Positions 26,915 through 36,433 of a DNA stretch of 52,738 nt are shown in pieces. Each line of letters opens with the position of its first letter. Positions within the stretch are counted from its first letter, which is position 1. A model generated the notes under the pieces. The model searched no databases and had not been told where the DNA came from. It was given only the letters and a program-made list of their open reading frames with translations. Origin of the DNA: a virus (taxonomy: Duplodnaviria; Caudoviricetes); the IMG/VR virus record IMGVR_UViG_3300047550_006202, positions 1-52,738 of that record; one strand, 5' to 3'. Made by a program: the position numbers and the translations under genes.

Positions 26915-27589
26915 TTATTTTTGTGTTTCTATTTTGCTTGACATTAAATCGGCTTGGTGAAGAATGTAAGGAAGATTCGTTTTCAATTCGTAGTCTTCGT
27001 TGTAAGACATGTAATAAGATTTGTTTGACTCCTCGTAAAGCCCATCGTGAAGTTTTATAGCTAAGAATTCGTTCTCACTCACTGGAATGCCAGCGTTCTG
27101 CAAATAGAATAAACTTCTATCAGCTATTCTCATGTGAGGAATTTTAGTATTGTATTTATAGTAGATACCCTTATCCAATTGCCATTGGATATCATTTGGA
27201 ATGTAAAAGGGTTCGTCGTTTGTTCCAAGTTTTCCCAAATCGTGGTTTATAGCTGAGAACACTAACTCTTCTAGCGTGTAGTCTTGGTGTTGGCCGAATT
27301 TTTCCCAAACTCTATGAAATACTAGAGCAGCTTGAACAACATTTAACACATGATCAAGATATCCACCCGCAAAACAGTTATGCCTAGTTATTTTAGAAGA
27401 GGCTGGAGATGTTGCTAAAACTATCTCTATGTTTTTATAGAAGGACTTTAGTTTCTCTCCTCGTAATTTGTTTTCTTTGGTGATATAAGTGTCTATGTAC
27501 TCATAGAACTTAGATAAATTGTCTTGAACTTGGGATTCTGTCAAGACTCTCATTTTTGTACGTGCAATTGTTTCCATGTCAGTAAACAT
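26915..27589 (-). CDS. HD-domain phosphohydrolase (YhaM-like)
   Basis: PAS...H...GG...H, HDLGK, IKLHDG, LHQAD motifs. Confidence 0.88.
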   Translation of the reverse strand: MFTDMETIARTKMRVLTESQVQDNLSKFYEYIDTYITKENKLRGEKLKSFYKNIEIVLATSPASSKITRHNCFAGGYLDHVLNVVQAALVFHRVWEKFGQHQDYTLEELVFSAINHDLGKLGTNDEPFYIPNDIQWQLDKGIYYKYNTKIPHMRIADRSLFYLQNAGIPVSENEFLAIKLHDGLYEESNKSYYMSYNEDYELKTNLPYILHQADLMSSKIETQK

Positions 27590-27630
27590 AACGATTTACA
27601 CTTACCATGTACAATAATAGATCGTGGTGT

Positions 27631-27945
27631 TCAATTTTTCATGTACTCAGCTATCGTACTACCTATTAATTCGTGCATAGATAAAACACCCAATCCTAGG
27701 TATTGTGAATTCAAGCTTTCCATCTTGGCAGATTTAGTGTAATTGAGCACTTGATAAATTACAACATTATTCACTACGACTATGGGATAGTCTAGAGCGC
27801 CTGTCAATATCTCCATGTCTTGACACTCCTCCAAGTATCCAGAACAATCTGTGAATTCATAGGGAATGCCAACATCAGATAGTTTTTTAGTAAGATTATC
27901 GCACTTCTCGCAACCTTTAAGTCCGTAAACTTTAATCTTCTTCAT
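27631..27945 (-). CDS. Glutaredoxin/thioredoxin-like protein
   Basis: IKVYGLKGCEKC (CxxC) and a YPIVVVN cis-Pro motif. Confidence 0.8.
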   Translation of the reverse strand: MKKIKVYGLKGCEKCDNLTKKLSDVGIPYEFTDCSGYLEECQDMEILTGALDYPIVVVNNVVIYQVLNYTKSAKMESLNSQYLGLGVLSMHELIGSTIAEYMKN

Positions 27946-28111
27946 CTTCTATTTCTTCGTTTTTGTCTTCGGCCATTTCCTCTATCAGAGCTCCCAATAT
28001 GGCCAATTGGTCCTCTGTAAACTCGTCTTTCATTAAATCCAAATAGTAGTACATTGTATATACTTCTTTTTTAGATAGCTTGTTTTCCTGTTTTTCTTCG
28101 CTTTCTTGCAT
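27932..28111 (-). CDS. Small acidic hypothetical protein (59 aa; not in ORF track)
   Basis: MQESEEKQENKLSKKEVYTMYYYLDLMKDEFTEDQLAILGALIEEMAEDKNEEIEDEED; overlaps the glutaredoxin start. Confidence 0.7.
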   Translation of the reverse strand: MQESEEKQENKLSKKEVYTMYYYLDLMKDEFTEDQLAILGALIEEMAEDKNEEIEDEED

Positions 28112-28423
28112 ATCGCCGCTTAAGGGTTTGGGAAAATTTTTGACTTTGTTTTGAACCTTGATTTATTTAAACGTCCCCTTAGCGGTTTATTCCGTCGGAT
28201 TTTTCCGATATTAACGTCTTATTTATGTCTCCGTTCTATTTATATACCTGACGCATTGTGCTTAGTCTTAGCGCCGGGTAGTTTCTTTGATTCTAAAACT
28301 TGATATTCGACCATGGAATTCCACCAAGCTACGAAGTCAACGTTTTAGAAGAAACTTTCAAACCAATATATCAAAATTTTCGAATCTAAAAAATTTTGTA
28401 TAGATTATTTTTAATAAATATGT
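28112..28423. promoter_or_regulatory. Divergent intergenic region with several inverted repeats
   Basis: Longest non-coding stretch in the window. Stems at 28116-28185, 28195-28208, 28281-28355 and 28372-28398; minus-strand ATATTTAT at 28414-28421. Confidence 0.6.
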
Positions 28424-29395
28424 ATGGGAACACCTAGAGCTGAAATAACGAATCCTGAAATACAGAAGCTGGTGTTGGGATTACTCGAATCTCAATTGGG
28501 TAAAGGTAAGCCCGATAAGTTGGGTAACTACACGTTTTATTGTCCTGTATGCAAGCACAAAAAACCCAAGCTTGTAATTAACATCAAGTCAGGCGTTTAC
28601 AACTGTTGGACGTGTCACCCTCCCACCAAGGGAAGAAATCCAGTATCTCTGTTTAAAAAACTTTCAGTCCCCGGAAAAGTAATTTCGGAGATGAAGCAGT
28701 ACTTTGGAATGAAGACTACAAAGGAAGACATAGAATCTCAACCTATTGTGGCAGAATTACCCAAAGAATATGTTCCTATAACATTTTCTAAAACTGATCT
28801 GTACGAAAAGAAAGTTGTCTCATATTTAAAATTAAGGGGATTATCGGAGAGCGACATACTAAAGTACCAAATAGGATACTGTGTAAACGGTCGTTACAGG
28901 GATCGAGTGATCATCCCGTCGTTCGATTCCCAGGGAAAATTAAATTATTTTGTGGCAAGATCTATAGACCCAAACAAAAAACCCGCTTACGACGCGCCTA
29001 GCGTAAAGAAGACTGATATCATTGGTTTCGAATACTACGTTAATTTTAATGTGCCTGTAGTCCTTTGTGAGGGTGTGTTCGATGCTATGGCTATAAAAAG
29101 GAACGCCATTCCACTGTTTGGTAAGACAATTCCTAAAGCACTCATGATGAAACTTGTACAATCTCAAGTAAAAACTATATATTTAGCGTTGGATAAAGAC
29201 GCATTAAAAGAAAGTTATGCTTACGCAGAGGAATTGATAAATATGGGTAAGGAAGTTTATTTTTTAGATATGGACGATAAAGACCCGTCTATTCTTGGAT
29301 TCTCTAAAATGGTAGAAAAACTGCAACAAGCTAAACCCATGAAAACAGAGGATCTATTTTTTAAGAAGATGGAATTGATATTGGCAACTGCATGA
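28424..29395 (+). CDS. gp61: DNA primase (DnaG/T4 gp61-like; Zn-finger plus TOPRIM)
   Basis: CPVC..H...CWTC zinc finger; YLKLRG; RVIIP; LCEGVFD; LALDKD; KDPS. Confidence 0.92.
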   Translation: MGTPRAEITNPEIQKLVLGLLESQLGKGKPDKLGNYTFYCPVCKHKKPKLVINIKSGVYNCWTCHPPTKGRNPVSLFKKLSVPGKVISEMKQYFGMKTTKEDIESQPIVAELPKEYVPITFSKTDLYEKKVVSYLKLRGLSESDILKYQIGYCVNGRYRDRVIIPSFDSQGKLNYFVARSIDPNKKPAYDAPSVKKTDIIGFEYYVNFNVPVVLCEGVFDAMAIKRNAIPLFGKTIPKALMMKLVQSQVKTIYLALDKDALKESYAYAEELINMGKEVYFLDMDDKDPSILGFSKMVEKLQQAKPMKTEDLFFKKMELILATA

Positions 29396-32300
29396 ATGAA
29401 ATAGTAAAGTCTAAGTTACATCTATCTAAGATAGATAAAATACACCACGTATCCGACGTACACATTAGGAATTACAAGCGACACACAGAATATAATCGCG
29501 TGTTCAATAGGTTGTACAATAGGATAAAAGCAAATCTAACTAAGAACGATCTTATAGTTCTCACCGGTGATATAGTACATTCTAAAACGGACGTCACGCC
29601 CGAACTATTCAATGAGGTTCAAAAGTTCCTGAACGGTCTGTGTGACATTGCACCGGTGCTCATGATACCTGGAAATCACGACACGAACCTCAATAACTCC
29701 CACAGACTCGACGCGTTGACTCCGATAGTAAATGCTATGGCGTCATCTAAGCTAGAGTACTATAAAGATTCCGCCATAATTCGCTTAGGTAATGTGGATT
29801 TTTACCACTGGTCTGTCATGGACGATGAACAGGACTATCCATCTGTTATGGAAAATTCCCAAGTAAACATCGCGCTATATCACGGTCCCGTAAACAATTG
29901 TACGACTGAAGCGGGGTTCGTCATAGAGAACGAGAGCATGACTGTGGAAAAATTCCGAGGCTTTGATATGGTCCTTTTGGGCGACATACACAAAACGCAA
30001 TTTCTAAACCCACAAAAAACAGTTGCATATCCAGGATCCTTAATACAACAGAACCACGGAGAAGAACGCAAGCACGGTTATTTGCTGTGGGAAGTAGAAA
30101 GCAGGTTCGTAGAGTTCGTTGAAGTAGAAAACGATACAGCGTTTTACACTATAGACGTCGATGCGGGTTTGCATAAACCCATAGACGAAACGCTTCCAGA
30201 GAATTTGTACCTTCGCGTAAGATACAAGAACACCGATCAAGCAACTCTGCGCGATATAGTAGATAGCTTGAGAAAACAGAAGAACATTGTTGAACTCACA
30301 ACGCAAAGAATAAGTACTTTTACGTCTAGTGAAAAGACACTCGATGCATCTAAAACTTTGGACTTTAGATCAATCGAACAACAAAAGAAACTTCTGACGG
30401 ATTTTCTCAAACAGAAGCACGATTTGAAACAAGAGGAGCTTGATAGAGTTCTTGAGATCAACGAACAGGTCAACAAATCTTTGAAGAAAAGCGAGGTACC
30501 AAGGAACTCTATGTGGATCCCTAAGCGCTTCGAGTTCGAGAACATGTTCAGCTACGGAAAGAACAATTTCGTCGATTTTACGAACATGAAAGGCACTTTT
30601 GGGCTTTTTGCGCCTAACGCTAGCGGAAAATCTACGTTGCTCGATTCTCTGACGTATTGCATATTCGATAAGTGTACCAAGACGAACCGTGGTCACCAAG
30701 TCATGAACTCAAGTAGCAATACTTTTTACTGTAAATTGAATTTTGAGCTGAACGGGCTAGATTATTTTATAGAGAGAAACGCTAAGCGCCAAAATTCTGG
30801 AAACGTTAGGGTAGAGGTCGATTTCTACTATGTGGACGAAGAAGGAAACAAGATTTCTCTAAACGGAAAAGACCGATCGGACACTAACAATAGCATAAAA
30901 AACTTATTGGGCAACTACGAGGATTTTGTTTTAACTACGCTATCCACACAGAGCAACAACACTGGGTTCATAGATATGAATCAGAAGGACCGCAAGGATC
31001 TATTGAGTCAATTTATGGATATAGGTGTCTTTGAAGAGCTGTACAATATAGCTAACGAGACAGCGAGGGAAAATGCCGCTGTGCTTAAACACTTCCAGAA
31101 AACTGATTACGAATCAAAACTCTGCGAGATAGAGCGCAATTTAGAACAATACAACAAAGATCTAAAGAAACAAAACTTAGAAAAGATCCACGCAGATTCA
31201 GAAAAGTCCGCTTTGACTGATAAGTTAGAGAAACTTATAAAACAACTTGAGTATGTCGACACTTCTATAATAGACGAAAAGGCAATAAGCAATAGTATAG
31301 TATCTTCGAAGAGCGAATTAATAGATCTTAATAAGGCAAAACATATACTCACTAACGAATTACACGCTCTTGCTATAGAGATAGATGAGTTACATTTTAG
31401 AGTTGATTCTGTGGATGAAAAATATCTAAAGAAACAATTAGAGGAATGTAAACAACTCGTAACTGAATTCAATAATGTTAACGTAGAAAAACAAAAGCTA
31501 TCAGAGCACATCTCCCATAAATTGGATAAAATGGGAAAATTGAAAGAGTTGGAATACGATCCAAACTGTAAGTATTGTATGGGTAACGTATTTGTGAAGG
31601 ACGCTATAACAGCCAAAGAACAGATAGCAGCAGATAGAGAAAAGCTTCAAGTATTAGAAAATAAACACAAGGAACTTGCTTCTAGTGTAAAAAAGTGTGC
31701 ATTGATCGAGCAATCTCGAGATTCTTACGAAGAAGTCAAAAGAATCTTAATGACCCTTAAGAATAAGTCTTCTGAATTGTCGTTGAAACTTGAAAGAGTC
31801 ATCAATAAAATAAAATCAGAGGAGGATTCAATAAAATTGGGCGAAGAGAAACTGCAACTTAGAAAAAAACAGCTCTCTTCCATTAAGAAAAACGAAATAA
31901 CAAATAAAAAGATAGAGGACACCAAGCGCGATATTAAAGTGCTTGATGCGGAAATAAAGCTATTGAATGCATCTCTATCAGATCTAAACGCGCAGATAAA
32001 GATAACTGAGAAGAGCATAGAGGATTTAAGAACTGAGATTGATAAGCGTAAAGGCCTTGAAACCTCACATCAGCTCTATCAATACTATTTGGAAGCTACT
32101 CATAGGGACGGAATACCCCACGAAGTTATATCTGTAACAATACCTCAAATAGAAGAGGAAGTGAACAACATCCTATCTCAATTGGTAGACTTTAGGATAG
32201 TATTTGAAACTGACGATAAGAACGTCAATGCCTACATAGCCTACAGCGAAGAGCGTTTTTGGCCTTTAGAGCTTACCTCCGGGATGGAAAAATTCGTCTC

Positions 32301-32550
32301 GTCCCTAGCAATTCGTACAGCGCTCATCAATATATCCACCCTTCCCAGGCCCAATTTTATTGCGATAGATGAGGGATTTGGATCATTGGACAAATCTAAC
32401 CTTGGATCCATGTCGCTGCTCTTCGATTACCTAAAGACCCAATTCAAATTCATAGTCATAATATCCCACATTGACTCTATGCGTGACGTGGTAGATTCCT
32501 ACATAGAAATCCACAAAGTAAAAGACAGATCATTAGTGAACCACGAGTAG
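29392..32550 (+). CDS. Fused Mre11/SbcD phosphoesterase and Rad50/SbcC ATPase (gp47-gp46 fusion)
   Basis: DVH, GD, GNHD, GDIH, YPGS in the N-part; Walker A APNASGKS, Zn-hook CKYC, signature TSGME and Walker B IDEGFGSLD in the C-part. Confidence 0.93.
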   Translation: MNEIVKSKLHLSKIDKIHHVSDVHIRNYKRHTEYNRVFNRLYNRIKANLTKNDLIVLTGDIVHSKTDVTPELFNEVQKFLNGLCDIAPVLMIPGNHDTNLNNSHRLDALTPIVNAMASSKLEYYKDSAIIRLGNVDFYHWSVMDDEQDYPSVMENSQVNIALYHGPVNNCTTEAGFVIENESMTVEKFRGFDMVLLGDIHKTQFLNPQKTVAYPGSLIQQNHGEERKHGYLLWEVESRFVEFVEVENDTAFYTIDVDAGLHKPIDETLPENLYLRVRYKNTDQATLRDIVDSLRKQKNIVELTTQRISTFTSSEKTLDASKTLDFRSIEQQKKLLTDFLKQKHDLKQEELDRVLEINEQVNKSLKKSEVPRNSMWIPKRFEFENMFSYGKNNFVDFTNMKGTFGLFAPNASGKSTLLDSLTYCIFDKCTKTNRGHQVMNSSSNTFYCKLNFELNGLDYFIERNAKRQNSGNVRVEVDFYYVDEEGNKISLNGKDRSDTNNSIKNLLGNYEDFVLTTLSTQSNNTGFIDMNQKDRKDLLSQFMDIGVFEELYNIANETARENAAVLKHFQKTDYESKLCEIERNLEQYNKDLKKQNLEKIHADSEKSALTDKLEKLIKQLEYVDTSIIDEKAISNSIVSSKSELIDLNKAKHILTNELHALAIEIDELHFRVDSVDEKYLKKQLEECKQLVTEFNNVNVEKQKLSEHISHKLDKMGKLKELEYDPNCKYCMGNVFVKDAITAKEQIAADREKLQVLENKHKELASSVKKCALIEQSRDSYEEVKRILMTLKNKSSELSLKLERVINKIKSEEDSIKLGEEKLQLRKKQLSSIKKNEITNKKIEDTKRDIKVLDAEIKLLNASLSDLNAQIKITEKSIEDLRTEIDKRKGLETSHQLYQYYLEATHRDGIPHEVISVTIPQIEEEVNNILSQLVDFRIVFETDDKNVNAYIAYSEERFWPLELTSGMEKFVSSLAIRTALINISTLPRPNFIAIDEGFGSLDKSNLGSMSLLFDYLKTQFKFIVIISHIDSMRDVVDSYIEIHKVKDRSLVNHE

Positions 32551-32552
32551 TC

Positions 32553-32560
32553 ATATTTAT
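32553..32560 (+). promoter_or_regulatory. Putative late promoter ATATTTAT (representative + strand copy)
   Basis: Same motif at 1072, 1184, 35770, 41432, 45738, 47822 and 51132, each upstream of a + strand start. Confidence 0.7.
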
Positions 32561-32564
32561 ACGT

Positions 32565-34280
32565 ATGAAGACGACTGTTTTACTCCCCGGAGGATTTAAA
32601 CCTCCCCATGTGGGACACCTACAACTCGCAAACGCTTACGCCGCTGATCCCAGTGTTGAAAAAGTGGTGGTGCTTGTTGGTCCATCTGAGAGAGACGGAA
32701 TAGGCAGAGATCAATCTTTGGCAGTTTGGAAACTTCTTCCCACTCACCCTAAAGTGAAAGTCGTTGCATCCGATATAGACAATCCGATGGAAGCCGCGTT
32801 CGAAACAGTATTGAACTTGGATAAATCAGCCACCGGTCAGTACGCTATGGGAGCTAGTTCAAAGGGATCTGATGCTCAAAGATCTAAGGTCTTTGTTGAC
32901 TATCTAAGAAAACACAAAACAGTTCCAACTCCTAGAGACAAAAAGATGACGCCTAAAGGCGTAAATCCAATTTTACTTCCAATAGATACTAGACCTCTAT
33001 TATATAAAGGTCGTAACGATGGATTAAACGGAACTGGAATAAGTGCAAGTGTGCTTAGAAAAGATCTCAAATCAGGAGACATAAAGAACTTCGCCACAAA
33101 CTATCCAGGAGTTCCTCAAAAAATTATTCAAGACATTTTCGATATACTCTCAAAAAAAAAGCTAAAAACTCCTACTAAAAAGTTAAGAGAGTTCGCTAAC
33201 ATTTTAGAGGGCGTAGCCGTATTTAGAACAGCCATAAGGCAATTGCTTACAGAGGGTGGAGCAGCTGGACACATGGCCCACCCATTTGATATCCCTACGG
33301 TGAAAAACGGATCTGATCTCATCAAAGTTTTTAAAGAAACTGAGACTTATCTCAAGAACAACGAAGTTCCTCTAAAAATAGACGGCATAAATTCTTCCAT
33401 TAGGCTTGTAAACACCGATAGTGGTAAAGAATTTGCGTTGGACCGTGGGTCTAACAAACCGCTTGACGTGAAGGGTGTAACAACTAAAGACTTAAAGAAC
33501 AGGTTCGAAAAGGGCCATGGAATGATAAAGATCGGTGGCACCGTTCTTAAGATATTCAACGAGGCATTACCGTCTGCTAAATCTGCGTTGAGCAAATTAG
33601 GACTCATGAAGAATCCTAACATCATGCTCAACATAGAATACGTAGAAGGAAAGTCTAACGTACAGAAGTACGAAAAGAACTTCATAGTGATACACAACTT
33701 GCTTGAAGTGAAACAATCAAAAGAGGGAAAGAGATCTATAGGCGAAATGTCTTATTCTAAAAACGATCTTCAAGCTTTAGTAGATGCTTTGAAACCGGTA
33801 GCTAAGAAATACGGATTCGAAGTATTTAACATGATACCCGCAAAAATGGAAAAAGGTTCTAACATAGCAACTGAATTGAGTAAATCGTACACGATTAACT
33901 ACGCCAAAGGTAAGAAAGAAACTAAAAGTTTGGATCAGTGGCTAAAGGATGCAAAGAATACTAAAGGTCAGAAACTGAAACTGAAAGACGGCAAAACTGT
34001 CGATGCGTTGAGCAAACAGGTTTTTATGGCGATAAACGGAGGTCAAAGCGTTCAAGACATGATCGCGGATCCAAAAGATATCAAAATTGCTGTAGACTCT
34101 TTCGTCATATACTTAGCTACAGAAAAATTAGGGGAAGCGATACTCAAATCCATGAGTTCTCCCCTTGGAAACGTTAACGATCAAGAGGGTATAGTGGTTA
34201 GAAACCCAAAAGTTTACGATAAACCCTATAAGATCACTGGATCTTTCATAACTAGGGGAATGCAATCACAATTCCGATAA
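32565..34280 (+). CDS. Fusion: HxGH nucleotidyltransferase (cytidylyltransferase/NMNAT-like) plus ligase-like covalent nucleotidyltransferase domain
   Basis: GGFKPPHVGH and GISASVLR in the N-part; after LLTE|GG come KIDG, NIEY, EGIVVR and YKITG (ligase motifs I, III, IV, V). Confidence 0.75.
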   Translation: MKTTVLLPGGFKPPHVGHLQLANAYAADPSVEKVVVLVGPSERDGIGRDQSLAVWKLLPTHPKVKVVASDIDNPMEAAFETVLNLDKSATGQYAMGASSKGSDAQRSKVFVDYLRKHKTVPTPRDKKMTPKGVNPILLPIDTRPLLYKGRNDGLNGTGISASVLRKDLKSGDIKNFATNYPGVPQKIIQDIFDILSKKKLKTPTKKLREFANILEGVAVFRTAIRQLLTEGGAAGHMAHPFDIPTVKNGSDLIKVFKETETYLKNNEVPLKIDGINSSIRLVNTDSGKEFALDRGSNKPLDVKGVTTKDLKNRFEKGHGMIKIGGTVLKIFNEALPSAKSALSKLGLMKNPNIMLNIEYVEGKSNVQKYEKNFIVIHNLLEVKQSKEGKRSIGEMSYSKNDLQALVDALKPVAKKYGFEVFNMIPAKMEKGSNIATELSKSYTINYAKGKKETKSLDQWLKDAKNTKGQKLKLKDGKTVDALSKQVFMAINGGQSVQDMIADPKDIKIAVDSFVIYLATEKLGEAILKSMSSPLGNVNDQEGIVVRNPKVYDKPYKITGSFITRGMQSQFR

Positions 34281-34285
34281 TTCTC

Positions 34286-35203
34286 ATGAAAGATACACAA
34301 AAAATAGCGATAATAAGGGACTTTTTAAAGTATTGTTACCATGAGCTTCAGATAAAGAAAGCCCCTAAGATACGTTTACACCACGATAATAAAGCAGTAA
34401 AAAATCAAGCCAGTTTTGGAGGCTACTATCCAGAAGGAAGAAGCATTCAAGTGTACATGAAGAATAGAAATTTGGCTGATGTTCTTAGAACATTAGGTCA
34501 CGAACTAGTTCATCACAGTCAACACGAGATAGCTGGTATAGACGTGATGGATGGTCAGACAGGATCTGATTACGAAAACGAAGCAAACAGCAAAGCTGGA
34601 GTTCTACTAAGGAACTATGGAAAGATGAATCCCATGATTTACGAATCAATAGTTTACATGGAGATGATAAACGAAGAAGACACAAAAGTCTATCAGATAT
34701 ACTGTGACATGGACGGGGTGTTGTGCGATTTCGATGCGCAATTCGAACACTACTTTGGAACATCTCCGTCAGAATACAAAAAAGAAAAAGGCATACCAAG
34801 TTTTAAGAACGCAATAGACGAAGCGGGAAAAGATTTTTGGGCTAACATGCCATGGACTTCTGCAGGACAAAGACTGTGGGAAAAGATAGGAGAATACGGG
34901 GTGATAATACTCACGGATCCTTCTAACTTTACAGAATCTAAAAAAGGAAAACTTGAGTGGATAAACCTCCATCTTTCTCCAATGCCGAAAAGCGTGATAT
35001 TCAAATCCACCGGTAAAAAACACGAGGTGCTTCAAGGAATGAATCCGAATGACATAGAAAAATGTGTTCTTATAGACGATTCAAAACTCAATACACGACC
35101 TTGGGAAGCCGCGGGAGGCATAGCATTTGAACACAGCGACAATAACCCCACTCACTATCAAATAGACACATTAGATTTAAAAGATAAAGAAGAAAAGTCA
35201 TGA
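34286..35203 (+). CDS. Fusion: HExxH Zn-metallopeptidase-like domain plus HAD 5'(3')-nucleotidase-like phosphatase
   Basis: GHELVH...ENEAN; after MINE come YCDMDGVLCDF, ILT, K..W, LIDD and WEAAGG. Confidence 0.8.
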   Translation: MKDTQKIAIIRDFLKYCYHELQIKKAPKIRLHHDNKAVKNQASFGGYYPEGRSIQVYMKNRNLADVLRTLGHELVHHSQHEIAGIDVMDGQTGSDYENEANSKAGVLLRNYGKMNPMIYESIVYMEMINEEDTKVYQIYCDMDGVLCDFDAQFEHYFGTSPSEYKKEKGIPSFKNAIDEAGKDFWANMPWTSAGQRLWEKIGEYGVIILTDPSNFTESKKGKLEWINLHLSPMPKSVIFKSTGKKHEVLQGMNPNDIEKCVLIDDSKLNTRPWEAAGGIAFEHSDNNPTHYQIDTLDLKDKEEKS

Positions 35204-35769
35204 AAGAATCAAATTTAAGTAGAGAATTTAATAAAAGAGAAGTACAGAGAATGAGAAACCTAATCTCCGGAAATGTAGGAGATAGGACACGGGTACAATC
35301 AGGATGGGAAAAACAAACCTTAGATAAAAAGGAGGGGGATGTTTGGGAGGAGAACGGAAAGACTTGGACCATTAAACGCGGTATAAAACAAAGCGTTACA
35401 AAGCACGATTCTATAAAGAAGCTTGCTCATTTTCCGATAGCATGTCCAAAGTGTAAAAAACACATGAGGGCTGATGATTTAAACAAAAAAATGTATTCTA
35501 TACATTCCATGTGTTTGGATTGTGTCATAGAAATGGAAGCAGAATTAAAGAAGCAAGGAAAATTCGAGAGCTACAACCTGGACATGCTTAAGAGCAACGA
35601 AAAAGTATACTTACAGGACGTGGAAAGCGCGTTAGAAGCGTGGTACACTGACAACGAAACCTTTGTAACTGAGAACGGGCAGATAGAATCTTGGGTAGGT
35701 GGAAATAAAAAAGTAGTCTACGACGCAGTAAAAGAGCAATTGAACCGAATAAAAAGTCAACAGGAGTAG
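35200..35769 (+). CDS. Hypothetical zinc-finger protein
   Basis: GDVWEENGKTWTIKRG followed by CPKC...CLDC; ATGA overlap with the upstream gene. Confidence 0.75.
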   Translation: MKESNLSREFNKREVQRMRNLISGNVGDRTRVQSGWEKQTLDKKEGDVWEENGKTWTIKRGIKQSVTKHDSIKKLAHFPIACPKCKKHMRADDLNKKMYSIHSMCLDCVIEMEAELKKQGKFESYNLDMLKSNEKVYLQDVESALEAWYTDNETFVTENGQIESWVGGNKKVVYDAVKEQLNRIKSQQE

Positions 35770-35791
35770 ATATTTATAAGAAAAAATCAGT

Positions 35792-36433
35792 ATGCTGACA
35801 AGAAAACAACTCAGACTTCTCGAAAATAAATTAGAGAAGCACGCTGTAAAAGAGAATCATCTCGATGGGGCGCTATCCCAACTCTTTTTGGTTAAGAAGC
35901 CCGAAGCTGGATGCGCGAATAAGGATCTTGTAAAAACTGTTGATCCTCTCGTGGGTGTTCAAGACTCTGAAATTGTGCCTGATCAAATACATGCTATGTA
36001 TCCCCAAAAAGATGTCGCGCTGAGCGTGGCTGAAGCTTTGTGTAATGAATGCATGCAACAAGAACAAGCTCTTGAAGAGAAAAAGCACAAAGTCACTGAA
36101 AAATTAAAAAAGGCTATAAACGGACTTGAGAAAATGCGTACTGAATCCATGAATCTCATTAAAGAGGAGCCCGCAAAAGCAGGACAACACAAAGATTCTG
36201 TAGCACAACTGACCTCTAAGATTGATGAATACATGACTAGTTTAGAGAAAGTTGCAAAGTCTATAAAAACCAAAGACAAAAAAAATAAAGATAACCTAAA
36301 AGAAGATCTTGCCAAACAAGATAATCTTAGTAGTGCACAATACCAAAAAGAAAAACGTAAAAAGGGTTTCAAAGAATCAGATTGGAAATGGAATCCAAAC
36401 CAAGGTCTCTATAACAGAAACAGAAAAAAATGA
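35792..36433 (+). CDS. Hypothetical protein, probable head protein
   Basis: ATATTTAT at 35770-35777; LLE, VKE, LEE and LKE sites; coiled coil. Confidence 0.75.
   Translation: MLTRKQLRLLENKLEKHAVKENHLDGALSQLFLVKKPEAGCANKDLVKTVDPLVGVQDSEIVPDQIHAMYPQKDVALSVAEALCNECMQQEQALEEKKHKVTEKLKKAINGLEKMRTESMNLIKEEPAKAGQHKDSVAQLTSKIDEYMTSLEKVAKSIKTKDKKNKDNLKEDLAKQDNLSSAQYQKEKRKKGFKESDWKWNPNQGLYNRNRKK

Noticed and set aside
28112-28423. tRNA or tmRNA in the large spacer
   Set aside because: No cloverleaf, T-loop GTTCGA or CCA acceptor-stem pattern identified by eye; retained only as an unassigned structured region.
29392-32550. Giant eukaryotic virus origin suggested by the Mre11-Rad50 fusion
   Set aside because: T4-like portal, protease, terminase, baseplate and sigma factor identify a tailed bacteriophage.
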